Part shown: positions 8,112 to 18,988 of the stretch, one piece after another
How the letters are laid out: each line of letters opens with the position of its first letter
Numbering within the stretch: position 1 is the stretch's first letter
NCBI GenBank assembly: GCA_963663035.1
Contig: OY760074.1
Coordinates: 2,720,001-2,784,000, forward strand
Source: Acidobacteriota bacterium
Lineage (GTDB): Bacteria; Acidobacteriota; UBA6911; RPQK01; JADFOI01
Reading direction: 5' to 3'
DNA: 64,000 nucleotides
The notes under the pieces: generated by a model
Seen by the model: the letters and a program-made list of their open reading frames with translations, nothing else
Databases searched by the model: none
Told to the model about the DNA's origin: nothing
Translations under genes and position numbers: made by a program

Positions 8112-10535
8112 ATGAATATAGATACCGAACTTCAAGATTACGAGGCGGCGGGATCGCTGGCCGAGGAATTGCCTTATTGGGGCTGGCTTGAAGATGAGCG
8201 GTCCTGTCTCACGCGGGCCGGGGAGTTGATGAGCTTGGCCCGCATTTCTCCTTTTGTCCTGGACGGCCAAACCCCAGAGCAGTTAGACCGGGTGGTTGAC
8301 CGCTGGCAACGGATGTTATCGGGCCTGGACGCCCGGACCCGGTTTTACTTCTATCTCTTGAGGCGTCCCGTTCGCTTCCCGGAAGTGCCGCCTAACGGCG
8401 CTTCCAAGGTGGTGACACTCGGCCAGCGAAAGCGCCGGGAATTTCTCACCAAGCGGGTGCAGGACGTGTCGGCTTATGTTGCATGGGCTTACGATCCGGG
8501 CCTATCCACCGTGGCATCCGAGAGGGCCGGGCCGTGGTGGATGGCGGGCGCGAAGAACTGGATGGCGCGGCGCAAGAACGCGCAGAGGTCCGTTTACCTC
8601 CATTCCTCGATAGAAGCGGCAAGCGCGGCGTTTCGGCAGACGGTCGATGCAAGCCGGGCTCTGGTGGATGATCTCACGCCCTTGCGCTTGCTCAAAGCCC
8701 ATGAAGCCTCAGAAGTTTTGAGCGAACTGACCAACCGGCCCGGAACGCCGTGGGACGGAGCGACCGGCAGCGGCATGAATTGGCGGCTGGCCGTCTCCGA
8801 ACTCGAAGCGGAGCGGCGCAACCTTCGCCTGGACGGGGAGCCCGTTGTGCTCTACTCGCTGCTCTCTCCCCCAGGCTCGGCCCGCAGCAATCTCTTGGCC
8901 GATCTTTACCGGCTCGATGCGACCTTGACGGTCACGCTCGAATGGCGTCCCCAGCGCCTCGATTCTGCCCGGCGAAAGATCCGGGGAGCGCAGCGCCATT
9001 ACTTCTCGAAGCGGTATTCGATGAGCGCCCACGTTCAAGAGACGGAGGGGAGCGCGGCGGCGATGGTGGACACGGCAGCAGCGGCGGAGAGTGACCGCTT
9101 AGGGGATGCTCTCGTGGAGCTTGAGACGGACGGTGTTGCTTACGGCGACCTTGCCCTTACGATTGCGATCCACGGCCCGTTAGAGCACTCCGAGAGCCTG
9201 GACGGGGATATTCGGCGCATCTTCGCCAGCCACGACGCCAAGGCGATCCGCGAGGGATACGGGCAGCTTCCCGCTTGGTTCTCAAGATTGCCAGGGCAAC
9301 CCCGGAGGCGGCAGGTCCGATCCGTGTTTGTATCGGCAGGTGTGACCGCTTGCATGGCCCCGATCTTCGGTCCACCTGTGGGAACTCCCCAGAGCGGTCA
9401 CTTACGCAAGGCAGCCCTGGCCATCCTTGAGACCGGGTGGCGGACCCCCTACCACTACGATCTATTTCAGGGCGACGTAGGACATACGCTGGTCCTTGGA
9501 GCCACCGGCGCGGGCAAAAGTTTCTTGCTCAATTTCCTGCTGGTGCAGGCCCTTCAATACGATCCCCGCGTCCTGATTCTCGATCTAGGGGGTTCTTACC
9601 GCTGGCTCACCCAATTTTTAGGCGGGGGATACATGGAGCTTTCACCGGCAGCGGCAGACGGCGAAGGGTTCCAGCTACGGCCTTTCTCTTTACCGGCAGG
9701 AGAGCGGACCTATCAATTTCTGACCGGCTGGATTTCCCGGCTGCTTCGCATCGGCGGATGGAACTTGAGCGGTTCCGATCCGAGCGAGATCCGCGCCCGC
9801 GTGGAAGACCTCTACGCTTTCGAGCCACCGGAGCGGACCCTTGGAACGCTGGTCCACTCTTTGCCCTCAAAGATGTGGCCCGCGCTTGGCCGCTGGCACG
9901 GTGACGGCGCATGGGGCAAATACTTCGATAACCCGGCAGACGGCGAAGACCTGCAATTTCAGGACTGGCAGGTGATCGACATGGCGGGCGCGGCGGAGCA
10001 TGACGACTTATGCGAGGCGGCGCTGTTCTACCTTTTGGAGCGGTTGCGGCTGGCCCTGGAAAATCCGGACGAGACCGCCCGCGTCAAGCTCATGGTGGTC
10101 GATGAAGCGTGGCGCTACCTTCAAGATCCCGCCGTCCTTTCCTATCTCGCAGAAGCCGCCAAGACATGGCGCAAGAAGAACGCGGCGCTGATCGTGGCGA
10201 CTCAAAGCGCCGTAGACGTAACGGGAACGGCGGGCGCGGAAGTCTTGCTTGAATCCATGCCGACCAAGCTATTCCTTGCCAACCCGGACCTGCCTGAGAA
10301 GGCCGCAGAAACCTTCCGGTTGAACCCCTCGGAAATGAACATCATTCGAGGCTTGATCCCCAAGCGGGAGCTTTACTTGAGGCGCACCGACGCGGCAGGG
10401 ATCTTACGCCTTGAAGTCGATCCGGCCAGCTATTGGCTTTACACATCTTCGCCGGTTGACGCGGCCAAACGGGCCGCAGCCGTCGAAGAACACGGCCTGG
10501 AACAGGCCCTTGAACACCTATCGAAACGGAGGTAA
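8112..10535 (+). CDS. virB4: VirB4/TrbE T4SS ATPase
   Basis: Walker A GHTLVLGATGAGKS, ILDLGGSY, Walker B VVDEAW, WRKKNA, ATQS. Confidence 0.95.
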   Translation: MNIDTELQDYEAAGSLAEELPYWGWLEDERSCLTRAGELMSLARISPFVLDGQTPEQLDRVVDRWQRMLSGLDARTRFYFYLLRRPVRFPEVPPNGASKVVTLGQRKRREFLTKRVQDVSAYVAWAYDPGLSTVASERAGPWWMAGAKNWMARRKNAQRSVYLHSSIEAASAAFRQTVDASRALVDDLTPLRLLKAHEASEVLSELTNRPGTPWDGATGSGMNWRLAVSELEAERRNLRLDGEPVVLYSLLSPPGSARSNLLADLYRLDATLTVTLEWRPQRLDSARRKIRGAQRHYFSKRYSMSAHVQETEGSAAAMVDTAAAAESDRLGDALVELETDGVAYGDLALTIAIHGPLEHSESLDGDIRRIFASHDAKAIREGYGQLPAWFSRLPGQPRRRQVRSVFVSAGVTACMAPIFGPPVGTPQSGHLRKAALAILETGWRTPYHYDLFQGDVGHTLVLGATGAGKSFLLNFLLVQALQYDPRVLILDLGGSYRWLTQFLGGGYMELSPAAADGEGFQLRPFSLPAGERTYQFLTGWISRLLRIGGWNLSGSDPSEIRARVEDLYAFEPPERTLGTLVHSLPSKMWPALGRWHGDGAWGKYFDNPADGEDLQFQDWQVIDMAGAAEHDDLCEAALFYLLERLRLALENPDETARVKLMVVDEAWRYLQDPAVLSYLAEAAKTWRKKNAALIVATQSAVDVTGTAGAEVLLESMPTKLFLANPDLPEKAAETFRLNPSEMNIIRGLIPKRELYLRRTDAAGILRLEVDPASYWLYTSSPVDAAKRAAAVEEHGLEQALEHLSKRR

Positions 10536-10539
10536 TTCG

Positions 10540-11382
10540 ATGTTGAAATTCATTCCACTTTTGGTTACGGCGGTCCTGGCCTTGCCGGGGCCGCTGCTGG
10601 CTCAGGACGCCGGAGCGGTGTTGCGGATCATCGAGGCCCAGGATCAGATTGTGAGGATTCAGGCCAAGACGAGGCACACCACTGTAATCGTGCTGCCCGC
10701 GTCCGAGGACATTCTTGATTTCGTGGTGGGGGATTCCGAGTATTGGCACCTGACCGGCGCGGCCAATCTCGCTTTCCTGAAACCGATTGCGGAAGGGGTC
10801 ACAACGAACGTGGCGCTGGTCTGTGAATCCGGGCGCATCTATTCGTTCCTGGTGACGGAGGAAAGCGCCGGGGAGCCGCATCTAATCGTCCGGGTGGAGC
10901 ACCCGCAGATTGACGATCCCCGCATCTCGCCGGGTGTCAACACCCCGGCCTTTGTCCGGCGATCCCAGGTCACGGCCTATCAGGAAATGGCGGAAACCGC
11001 CATGAAGACCGTCGCCACGGTGCAGGAGGAAGCCGAGGCCCGCGTTGCCGAGGCGAAGGCCCAGGCCCAGGGTGAGACAGAGGCTTTCCGGTCGGACTAT
11101 CCCACCCGGTTGAACTTCCCTTACCGCTTGGAGGACAAGGCGATCAAATGGCCGTTTCTGGTCGAGGGAATGTGGAATGACGGGCAGTTTACCTATCTTC
11201 GCTCGAACGCCCAGGAGACGCCCGCACTGTACGAAGAAAAGGACGGGAAACCGGCCTTGGTTGCCTACGATCTTGAAGAAGACGGCCTGTATATCGCCCG
11301 TCATGTTTTAGGCAACGGCTGGTTGCAGATCGGCAAAGAAAAAGCCAAGTGGCGCTTCACCGCGCCGAAGGTGGCACCGTGA
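10540..11382 (+). CDS. virB9: VirB9/TrbG core complex protein
   Basis: Signal peptide, GDSEYW, FLKP, TNV, WNDGQFTY, PALY motifs. Confidence 0.9.
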   Translation: MLKFIPLLVTAVLALPGPLLAQDAGAVLRIIEAQDQIVRIQAKTRHTTVIVLPASEDILDFVVGDSEYWHLTGAANLAFLKPIAEGVTTNVALVCESGRIYSFLVTEESAGEPHLIVRVEHPQIDDPRISPGVNTPAFVRRSQVTAYQEMAETAMKTVATVQEEAEARVAEAKAQAQGETEAFRSDYPTRLNFPYRLEDKAIKWPFLVEGMWNDGQFTYLRSNAQETPALYEEKDGKPALVAYDLEEDGLYIARHVLGNGWLQIGKEKAKWRFTAPKVAP

Positions 11383-12782
11383 GTAGTGGATGGAAACGCC
11401 TGTACCCCAAGCCAGCCGGGAGCTTGCCGGGCGGCATTGTCACTCAATGGGGGGTGGCGCTTATTACTGTTCTAATCCTGATCTTTGTCGCGCTGTGGCT
11501 GGCAAGCGGAGGCACGGAGCAAGCGGAGATCGACTCCATAGGGGGAGAAGTCACCGGCCCGGCGCGGAACTTCGCCGGGCAGATGGCCGCGCAGGTCGAA
11601 GCCGAGGCGCTACGGGCCGAGACGCGCCGGGCGGCGGCGGATCGGACCCTACAGGCGCAGCAGCGCCAGGAGGCGCAGGAAGTCGCAACGGGCGCGATCG
11701 GAGGCGGGCAGGTGACGATGGACGAGGCGATGCTACTGGCCGGGCCGAGTCCTGAAACCGGCAGAGCATACACACAGCAGGAATTTGAACTCCGGGAACG
11801 GTTGCGCCTGGAAGCCTTGGAGCGGCGGAGCCGGTCGCTTCGCAGTTCGCCGGTGGCTCAGACCTACCGGCAATTCGCCCGCGCCAGATCACCGGCGGAG
11901 GCGGGCGCGGAGCCCGGCCCGGTCGAAGCGATCCGCGCCGAGGGAGCGGCGGCGCTTTCTCAGGCCCTTGGGACGTTCCAGGGTGTGACGGGCAGCCTGG
12001 AAGATGAAATAGGGGCGGAGGCGGACGCGGATCGGGCTTTCCTTGCGGCCCTCACCGGAGCGCAGCGGGGCGGTGGACCGGACCCGGCCCAGGCCGTTCC
12101 TCCTGGACCGGCAGCGCCCGCAGCGCCCGCGCCTAATTCGCTAGGCTTTCCCGGTGCGGCGGCGCAACCGTCCCGCGACTATGCCAACCCTTCGCGGCTT
12201 GAGGGCGGCGACGATCCGCCAGGGTGGGAACGGATCTATGAGGGAGCGTTCCTTGAGGCCGTGCTTGTCACCCAACTATCCGGTGACTTTCCCGGCCCGG
12301 TCCTGGCCCAGGTTGCCGTGCCGTTTTACTCCGCTGACCGCCAGCGGGTTTTAGTCCCGCGTGGAGCGCGGGCGATCGGAACCGCGTCGGCAGTTCTAGG
12401 CCAAGACCAAGAGCGCCTGGCCGTGTCTTTCCATCGGTTGATCTACCCGGACGGGCGATGGGTGACACTGGACTTTCACGGCCTCAACCAAGTGGGAGAA
12501 GGCGCGTTGAAAGATCGGGTGAACCGCCACTATTTCTCGATGTTTGCCGCTGTCGGAGCGGTTGGCATCATTAGCGGCCTCACCTTGCAGAACTCGAACC
12601 CTTACGGCGGCGGCGCTCAAGCGTTCCGGGCCGGAGCCGGGCAAGGGCTCGGCCAAGCGGCGGAGCAAATCTTGCAGCGTTTCTTGAACCGTTTACCCAC
12701 CCTCACCATCCGGGCCGGGCATCGGCTCCGTATCTGGTTTACGTCCGATGTACTGGTCCCCCGAAACCTGAAAGGAGAATGA
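11379..12782 (+). CDS. virB10: VirB10/TrbI core complex protein
   Basis: N-terminal TM; EAVLVTQLSGDFPGPVLAQV, RLIYPDG, VNRHY, PTLTIRAG; GTGA overlap with virB9. Confidence 0.9.
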   Translation: MSSGWKRLYPKPAGSLPGGIVTQWGVALITVLILIFVALWLASGGTEQAEIDSIGGEVTGPARNFAGQMAAQVEAEALRAETRRAAADRTLQAQQRQEAQEVATGAIGGGQVTMDEAMLLAGPSPETGRAYTQQEFELRERLRLEALERRSRSLRSSPVAQTYRQFARARSPAEAGAEPGPVEAIRAEGAAALSQALGTFQGVTGSLEDEIGAEADADRAFLAALTGAQRGGGPDPAQAVPPGPAAPAAPAPNSLGFPGAAAQPSRDYANPSRLEGGDDPPGWERIYEGAFLEAVLVTQLSGDFPGPVLAQVAVPFYSADRQRVLVPRGARAIGTASAVLGQDQERLAVSFHRLIYPDGRWVTLDFHGLNQVGEGALKDRVNRHYFSMFAAVGAVGIISGLTLQNSNPYGGGAQAFRAGAGQGLGQAAEQILQRFLNRLPTLTIRAGHRLRIWFTSDVLVPRNLKGE

Positions 12783-13699
12783 AAATGAAACACCGAATCG
12801 TGAGCGGCCTTGTCTTGGTTCCCCTCATGATCGTACTGAGCACCACGCCCGCCTACGCCATCTTTGGCTCGATCTTGGCGGCGATCCAGCGGGCGCAGAT
12901 GATCGTCAATCAGGGGGTCCAAATCTACAACGATGCAATGGAGAAGATCACGATGAACGGGCAGCTAACGGAACTGACCGATCAATTCTCGCACCTAAAA
13001 GAGCAAGCCCTTGGCACGGTCGGGGCGCTTTCGCAACCCTTCACCGATCTTAGCTCGGTCCCGACTGAATTTATCGGCGCGGGCCTTTCCTGGAAGAACG
13101 ACTTTACCGGCGTGGCCGGGGAGTTGGCCGGGGCGGTGGAGCAGCTAGGAGAATCGGGGACCAGTTTCAGCGACGCATGGAGGGACCGCTTGACGGCCAG
13201 TAACACCATATCGGAGAGCGATTTTCTGAGCCTCTACGCGGGCCAGAGCCCGGAGGTAGGAGCGGCGGCGTCACGGGTCTACCTAGCGGCAGCAGAGGCC
13301 GGGGATAAGAAGCTCGTCATGGCTCACGCCCAAAGTGACGCGGCCAAGAATCTGATGGTGGCCGCGAAGGAAGCGGTTTCGTCCTATGAAGGATTGCGAA
13401 ACAACACGAACACGAGCAACACCGCGCTACAGCAAGCGATGGTTGCCGGGACCGTGACCCAGGGCAACCTTACCGCTGCTATGGCGCAGTTGATGGTTTA
13501 TCAGGCGTCCAAGGAGAGCGCGAAAGAGTACGAACAGGAGATAGCACGGCGCGAAGAACTGGCCCGTTTCGTGGAGGCCGAGCGCCAAGCTCAGATTACG
13601 TTTGACGCGCAGCAAGCAGGGATTGCGGCCCGCGTAGATTCGATGCGCGAGGGGTTGCTTTTCAGAGTCCCGGCGCTCTACGGCGGACCCGGCCAGTAG
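12779..13699 (+). CDS. VirB5/TrbJ-like pilus-associated protein
   Basis: Signal peptide ending TPAYA, long helical Gln/Ala-rich body, directly before virB6. Confidence 0.6.
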   Translation: MKMKHRIVSGLVLVPLMIVLSTTPAYAIFGSILAAIQRAQMIVNQGVQIYNDAMEKITMNGQLTELTDQFSHLKEQALGTVGALSQPFTDLSSVPTEFIGAGLSWKNDFTGVAGELAGAVEQLGESGTSFSDAWRDRLTASNTISESDFLSLYAGQSPEVGAAASRVYLAAAEAGDKKLVMAHAQSDAAKNLMVAAKEAVSSYEGLRNNTNTSNTALQQAMVAGTVTQGNLTAAMAQLMVYQASKESAKEYEQEIARREELARFVEAERQAQITFDAQQAGIAARVDSMREGLLFRVPALYGGPGQ

Positions 13700-13708
13700 G
13701 CCGCGCCG

Positions 13709-14710
13709 ATGCAGATTCAGATTGACCCGAATATCCCCGCCAATCTCCCCCCGGAGGAAATAAGGGATTTCCAATCCTTCATTCAGACCGCCCTTGACGG
13801 CCTTACGGCAGCGGCGGGCGGTGAGGTGATGACCCTTGGGACGGGCATGTTTGCCGGGCTTGCGTTGATTGTCATCGTAATCGCCGGAGTCAAGATCGCG
13901 TTTAGCGGGAATATCCAACCGTGGGAAGTGGTGCGGCTTGTCATTGGGATATGGATTCCGTGGGTGATGATGCAGTTCTACACGACCACGATTCCCGGCA
14001 TGTCCCAAACCTTTCCGGGGATGATTGCCGAGGGCGGGAACTTTCTACACGAAATGTTGCTAGGCGACATCATTAGCTCGATGCAAACCGAACTCGGAGA
14101 CATGGTGAGGGCCATAGCCGCGAACATGCAAACGCAAGCGGCCCAGGGGAACGTGATCGGGATTTTAACGGGCGGCGTCCACGCCTTCATTACCGCCGTG
14201 GCCGGGAGCATCATCATGGCGCTTTTAGTTCTCATGCTCATCGTCTTATTCGCTGTCACCTACGCTCAGGTGATCTGGGCTCAAATCGCGCTTGCGATCC
14301 TCATCATTCTAGGGCCGATCTTTATCCCGTTTCTCGTGTTCGAGCCGATGGCCTTTCTCTTTTGGGGCTGGTTCAAAGGGATGCTTACCTATTCGCTCTA
14401 TGCCGTGATCGCCGGGTGTGTGTTGCGGGTGTTCAGCGCCGTGGGAATTGCGTATATCACGACGCTGGGCGGCGCGAACCTGGACACCCAATCTATGACT
14501 CAAGTGGGCCTATGGACGCTGGCCGTCATTCCCCTTTTCATTGCCGGGCTTCTCTCATCGCTCAAATGCGGCGAGCTGGCTTCGATGCTCGTCACCGGAG
14601 GCGGAGCGGGAGGAAGCGGACTCATGGGTATGGCGACAACGGCAGGGATGGCAGCGGCCAGCGGCGGAGCGGCAGCGGCCAAGACAGCAGCATCAGGAGG
14701 GATCAAGTGA
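13709..14710 (+). CDS. virB6: VirB6/TrbL inner-membrane protein
   Basis: Polytopic; ILGPIFIPFLVF...FWGW motif; Gly/Ala-rich tail. Confidence 0.9.
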   Translation: MQIQIDPNIPANLPPEEIRDFQSFIQTALDGLTAAAGGEVMTLGTGMFAGLALIVIVIAGVKIAFSGNIQPWEVVRLVIGIWIPWVMMQFYTTTIPGMSQTFPGMIAEGGNFLHEMLLGDIISSMQTELGDMVRAIAANMQTQAAQGNVIGILTGGVHAFITAVAGSIIMALLVLMLIVLFAVTYAQVIWAQIALAILIILGPIFIPFLVFEPMAFLFWGWFKGMLTYSLYAVIAGCVLRVFSAVGIAYITTLGGANLDTQSMTQVGLWTLAVIPLFIAGLLSSLKCGELASMLVTGGGAGGSGLMGMATTAGMAAASGGAAAAKTAASGGIK

Positions 14711-15387
14711 GCCAAGATAAGACGCCACCGGCGAAAGACGCGGGCGCGGAGTACGCCGAAATATGGGGCGAGGCGATCCACTCCAACCGTCACCTTCGGA
14801 CGATCACGGTGGGGCTTGGCATTGCGGTAATTTTGTTGATTATCGTGGTCATCCGCATTGCCTCAGTCGATCCCCCCCGGCCCATCGTGGTGAGGGTGGA
14901 TGAAATAGGCCGGGCCGAAGCCGTCGCCTATGACGTGATGGAGGCCCAGGCCGACCCGCTGGACCCGACGACCAAATACTTTCTCAATCGTTTCGTCTAT
15001 GACTTCTATTCCCGTCGCCGGGCGACGGTCGAAGAAAACTGGTCCCGCAGTCTCCGGTTTCTCACGACCGATCTAGCCAACGCATCCTTCCGGGCCGAGA
15101 GCCAGAATATCGCCCTCCTAGCGGCGGGCGCGGCCCGCGATGAGTTGCAGGTGGATCGTGTCGTTTTGAGGATTCAGGCCAACCCCCAGGAGCCCCACAG
15201 CGCGACGGCCGATTTTGACCTCGTGCGCCTTGTCGCCGAGGGCGAAGTGGACCGGGAGCGGTGGAGCTTATCGCTTCAATTCCTGTTCCTCGATGAGATC
15301 CCCCCCGATCTGATTGTTCACAATCCTATGGGTATCGTTATCACCTACCTGCAAGGAGATCGGGCGGTGGTGACGGGCGACCGATGA
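14707..15387 (+). CDS. virB8: VirB8/TrbF protein
   Basis: Single TM, PIVVRVDEIG, C-terminal NPMGIVIT; GTG start overlaps the virB6 stop. Confidence 0.9.
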   Translation: MSQDKTPPAKDAGAEYAEIWGEAIHSNRHLRTITVGLGIAVILLIIVVIRIASVDPPRPIVVRVDEIGRAEAVAYDVMEAQADPLDPTTKYFLNRFVYDFYSRRRATVEENWSRSLRFLTTDLANASFRAESQNIALLAAGAARDELQVDRVVLRIQANPQEPHSATADFDLVRLVAEGEVDRERWSLSLQFLFLDEIPPDLIVHNPMGIVITYLQGDRAVVTGDR

Positions 15388-16320
15388 TCGAGCATTTGAG
15401 GGGCCGGGAACAGGCGCTTGCATCTCTAGGATGGACCGGGCGGGAGGCGGAATGGATTGCCCTGGTCTGTCTCCACAGCGGCGTTTTCACCCGGCCTCAG
15501 TTTTGTCATTACTTCGATGCAGACAGCAAGCGGGCGCACCGTTTTGTCAAGGCATTAATTGGAGCGCGGGCAGCGGGTCGAGAGCGAGTGGCCGGTTGTC
15601 AACGGAGGCGGGAAGTCATGCCGGATATCGAGCAAGCCGATCTACCGGGCGCTGGGAATTGAGAACATCCGCCACCGGAGGAAAACTACCGTTTCCGTTC
15701 TCAGGCGGCGGCTTCTCTCGCTTGATTTTGTCCTGGAACATCCGGGCATGAACTGGCTTCCGACCGAGGGGGAAAAGGTCGAATTTATTGAAGGGCTAGG
15801 TGTCCATTCCAACCTCATTCCCCGGCGGATTTACTACGGCGCGGTTCGCGCTCAGAAACGCTATTTTGCGCTCAAGCTGCCCGTTGCCGGTGGCGATAAA
15901 ACCGTCACCTTCGCTTATGTCGATCCGGGCCATGCGACCGCCGTGGAATTCAACTCATGGGGAGCGGCGCATGGACCGCTTTGGGATGCGATCCGCGCCA
16001 AGGGGCGGCGGGTGGAGGTAATCGCCATCGGCGCGGAACTGGATACGGTTTTGCGGGCGGATCGAGTGCTACAGCTTTGGGCGGCGGCGGAGCCGGGGAA
16101 GGTGATCGAGGGGTTGACGGTGAAGCAGGAGATTAGCGCGATTAGGGAGGCGCTTCGACAAGCGCGACCTGGAATTTATGAGCCAGTACGGAGGGATGAA
16201 TCGAGGCCGGCGGAACGGTACAAGGAACTCCTGAAACTTCCCGAAGCGGAGCTTGCGGAAGGGGTCTCGATTGACGACTATTCGACGTACCGGGCCACCC
16301 GGTTTTCGGAGCCGGTTTGA
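15384..16320 (+). CDS. Uncharacterised HTH-like protein (possible replication/relaxation initiator), split by frameshift near 15557
   Basis: 15384..15662 and 15559..16320 join at KALI/ERG; motifs LHSGVF, RHRR, SLDFVL, LPTEGEK, FAYVDPG; probably another local frame slip near 16155-16210. Confidence 0.55.
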
Positions 16321-16677
16321 GGGGCCAAATCCGGGGTGTTTTTCATGCCGCTGGGGGCCGCATGCTTTTTGCCACAGGGACAAAGGGGGGGGTGCGGCAT
16401 AAAAAGCGTGGGGGTGGAACATCCCCACATTCCTTGAACTCTTTTGTTTTCCGTGGTTTGCCCCTACTATTCGGCTTCCATAATGACGATACAGAAAAAT
16501 CCGGGAAGACGATAGCGACCCCCCCCGAAAAGGGGGGTTCCTACCGGCCCCGATAGCGGCGCGATGTGGCACGCCCCTACACCGGCCCCAGGGGGTCGCT
16601 ATCGTCGGTATTTATCCCTGCGGGAAGGCTCGGAAAAGACGCCCCGGAGCGGCGTGGATTAAGCGGAGAATGGCCCT
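16321..16677. other. Structured intergenic region, oriT/oriV candidate (copy 1)
   Basis: 16-bp inverted repeat gacgatagcgaccccc 16508..16523 / 16591..16606; hairpin 16408..16428; conserved in copy 2. Confidence 0.45.
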
Positions 16678-18988
16678 ATGGAATTGCGGAAGAACTGGCG
16701 GAAACTGACCACGGCCTTGAGCCGGTTTTGGCACCGGGAGGCCGGGCCGATGAACTGGAAAAACCCCGTCCGCGTGACGGCCTATATCGGCTGGGAAATT
16801 TTCAACGGCGTGGCTTTTTTGGTGGGTGAATGGGTCCGGTACGGCGTCCGGGCCGGGCAGATTTTCCTGGCAATTCCCCCCACCGCGATTCTCTTTTTCG
16901 GGGGGGGTTTGGTTCGCCGTTTGGAGCTTTGTACGGCGTCCTTTTCCGGCGCTTGAGACGGTCCCATTGCTCGATCTTTTGGAGTATCACAACCCGAATT
17001 TTTACAGTGCCGTTGTGGTTTGGTACTACCTTTCGCCGCTGGTGGCGGTGATGCTGGCCGGGTCTATTGCCCTGTCCGTTTGGAAGGTTTGGATTGAGGC
17101 GCGAAAGCGCGATTTAATTCCCTTCGGGGCGCTTCCCGCTTGGCCGCTTTCGCCGGAGCAGCCCGGCCCGGAAATCGTCATCGGGGAAGTGCATCATCCG
17201 GTCGAACCCAAGGAGATTTTCAACCCCGAATGGCTCACCATCCCGGAGCGCGGACTGTACACCGGCATTGCCATTTTCGGAGCGGTGGGGAGCGGTAAAA
17301 CTTCGGCTTGCATGCACCCCTTCGCCAAGCAGCTACTCGGCTGGCAAGCGGACGATCCAGAGAAGCGGGCGGCGGCGCTCATGCTCGAAGTGAAGGGGGA
17401 TTTTTGCCATGACATTCGCTCGATCCTGGACGGCGCGGGCCGGGGAGACGACTACCTGGAGATCGGAATGGGGGGCCTCTGGAAATGGAATCCCCTCTCC
17501 GCGTGGTGGCTCGATTCGTACTCGCTGGCCTACACCGTTGCCAGCCTTGCTGAATCAACTTTTCGGCAAGGGCAAGGAGCCCTTTTGGCAGCAAGCCTAT
17601 ACCAATCTGGTGCGCTGGATTATCGAGCTTCACCGGGTGCTACCGGAGCAGTGGGTGACATTGCAGCAGGTCTATCAATGCGCGATTGACCCGGATCTAT
17701 TCGCGGCCAAAATCAAACAGGCCGAGGCGTGGAGCGCAGAGCTAAACACCGGGGAGGTTTTCATTCCGGTCGAGACGTGGACGAAGCGGGCGGTGGAGGT
17801 TGGAGAGTGGCTATGGACGGGCGGCGGGGAAAACGGGAAGGAAATGCGGGCCGAATGGAGCCCGGAATTGGAGCATAAGCTAAAGGAATTGAGGGATCAA
17901 GCCTCGTATCGTTTGGGAGCCCGGAGCCGGTGACGATGTGAGAGAGCGGGTGGCCGCTGTGAAGCGGTGGTTTGACAACGACTGGCAAAAGCTGGACAAC
18001 AAAATCAAATCCTCGATTGTCGAAGGGGTTTCCGTATTCCTGTCGATGTTCGATATGCCGGACGTGGCGGCGGTGTTCTGTCCCCCGCCCCCGGAAGTGT
18101 CCGACGATCCCCGGCGCATTGGCCCGAAGGCCAGGGCCGCGATGCTGGCCAGAGGCAAAGGCCCAGGCCAAGGGCCAAGGGGAGGACAGCGCCGAGAAGA
18201 AGGCCCAGGAGTCCCGGCAATGGCCCGGCGATACCATTGCCGGAAGGCCGCGCCATTTACCCCCGCTCTATGAATTGATCGAGGGCGGCAAGGTGCTGGC
18301 CTTGAATATGCCAGCCGGGAGCAACCCGGCGCTGGCCCGCGCCATCGGCGTGATGCTCAAAAACGCATGGCTCCAAGCCTTGCTCATGCGGCCCGCGCAG
18401 ATGAAGGAATCCCCAAGCACTTACTTCCGGCCCGCTGTCTTTATTTGCGACGAGTACCAATCCTTCGCGTCGGTGGGCGAGGACGATCCCACCGGCGATG
18501 AGAAATCCTTTGCCTTAACGCGGCAATGCCGGTGCATCCCGATTGTTGCGACCCAATCCATATCCTCATTGCGGGCCGTGCTGGGCAGTTCGGAGGCGTG
18601 GCGGGCGCTGCTACAGACACTTCGCACCCGGATCTTTCTATCCTTGAGCGACGACGCCAGCGCCAAGATCGCATCGGAATTGTGCGGGCAGGTTGCCAAG
18701 ATCAAAGGATCGTACACGATCAGCGAGACCTCGAAGCGGGCGGGCGTGTCCCCGCTATCGGGCCGGGCCGGTGGAGGCGGCGGGAGCATCGGCGCAACCA
18801 AGTCTTTCCAGGAGCGCCGGGAGGCCGTCTTTCACCCGCGAGACTTCACCTTGCTTGGAAACTGTCAAGCCATTTGCTTGCCCTATGACGGAGCGCAATC
18901 GCTGGAACCCCGGAGGGTCTATCTCAAACCTCATTACCTTCCCCTGGATCATTCTTATTGGAGAGCGAAGGAGGCCGGACAGATATGA
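16678..18988 (+). pseudogene. virD4: VirD4-like type IV coupling protein, copy 1, with several apparent frameshifts
   Basis: Fragments 16678, 16826, 17409, 17938 and 17972 reconstitute the intact copy at 36209..38500; indels near 16900, 17550, 17891, 18150. Confidence 0.85.

Noticed and set aside
14362-14706. Long N-terminal extension of VirB8
   Set aside because: Overlaps virB6 in another frame; the GTG at 14707 gives a normal coupled start.
17751-17855. Diversity-generating retroelement VR/TR pair
   Set aside because: Differences involve all four bases plus an indel, and no reverse transcriptase is in the window.
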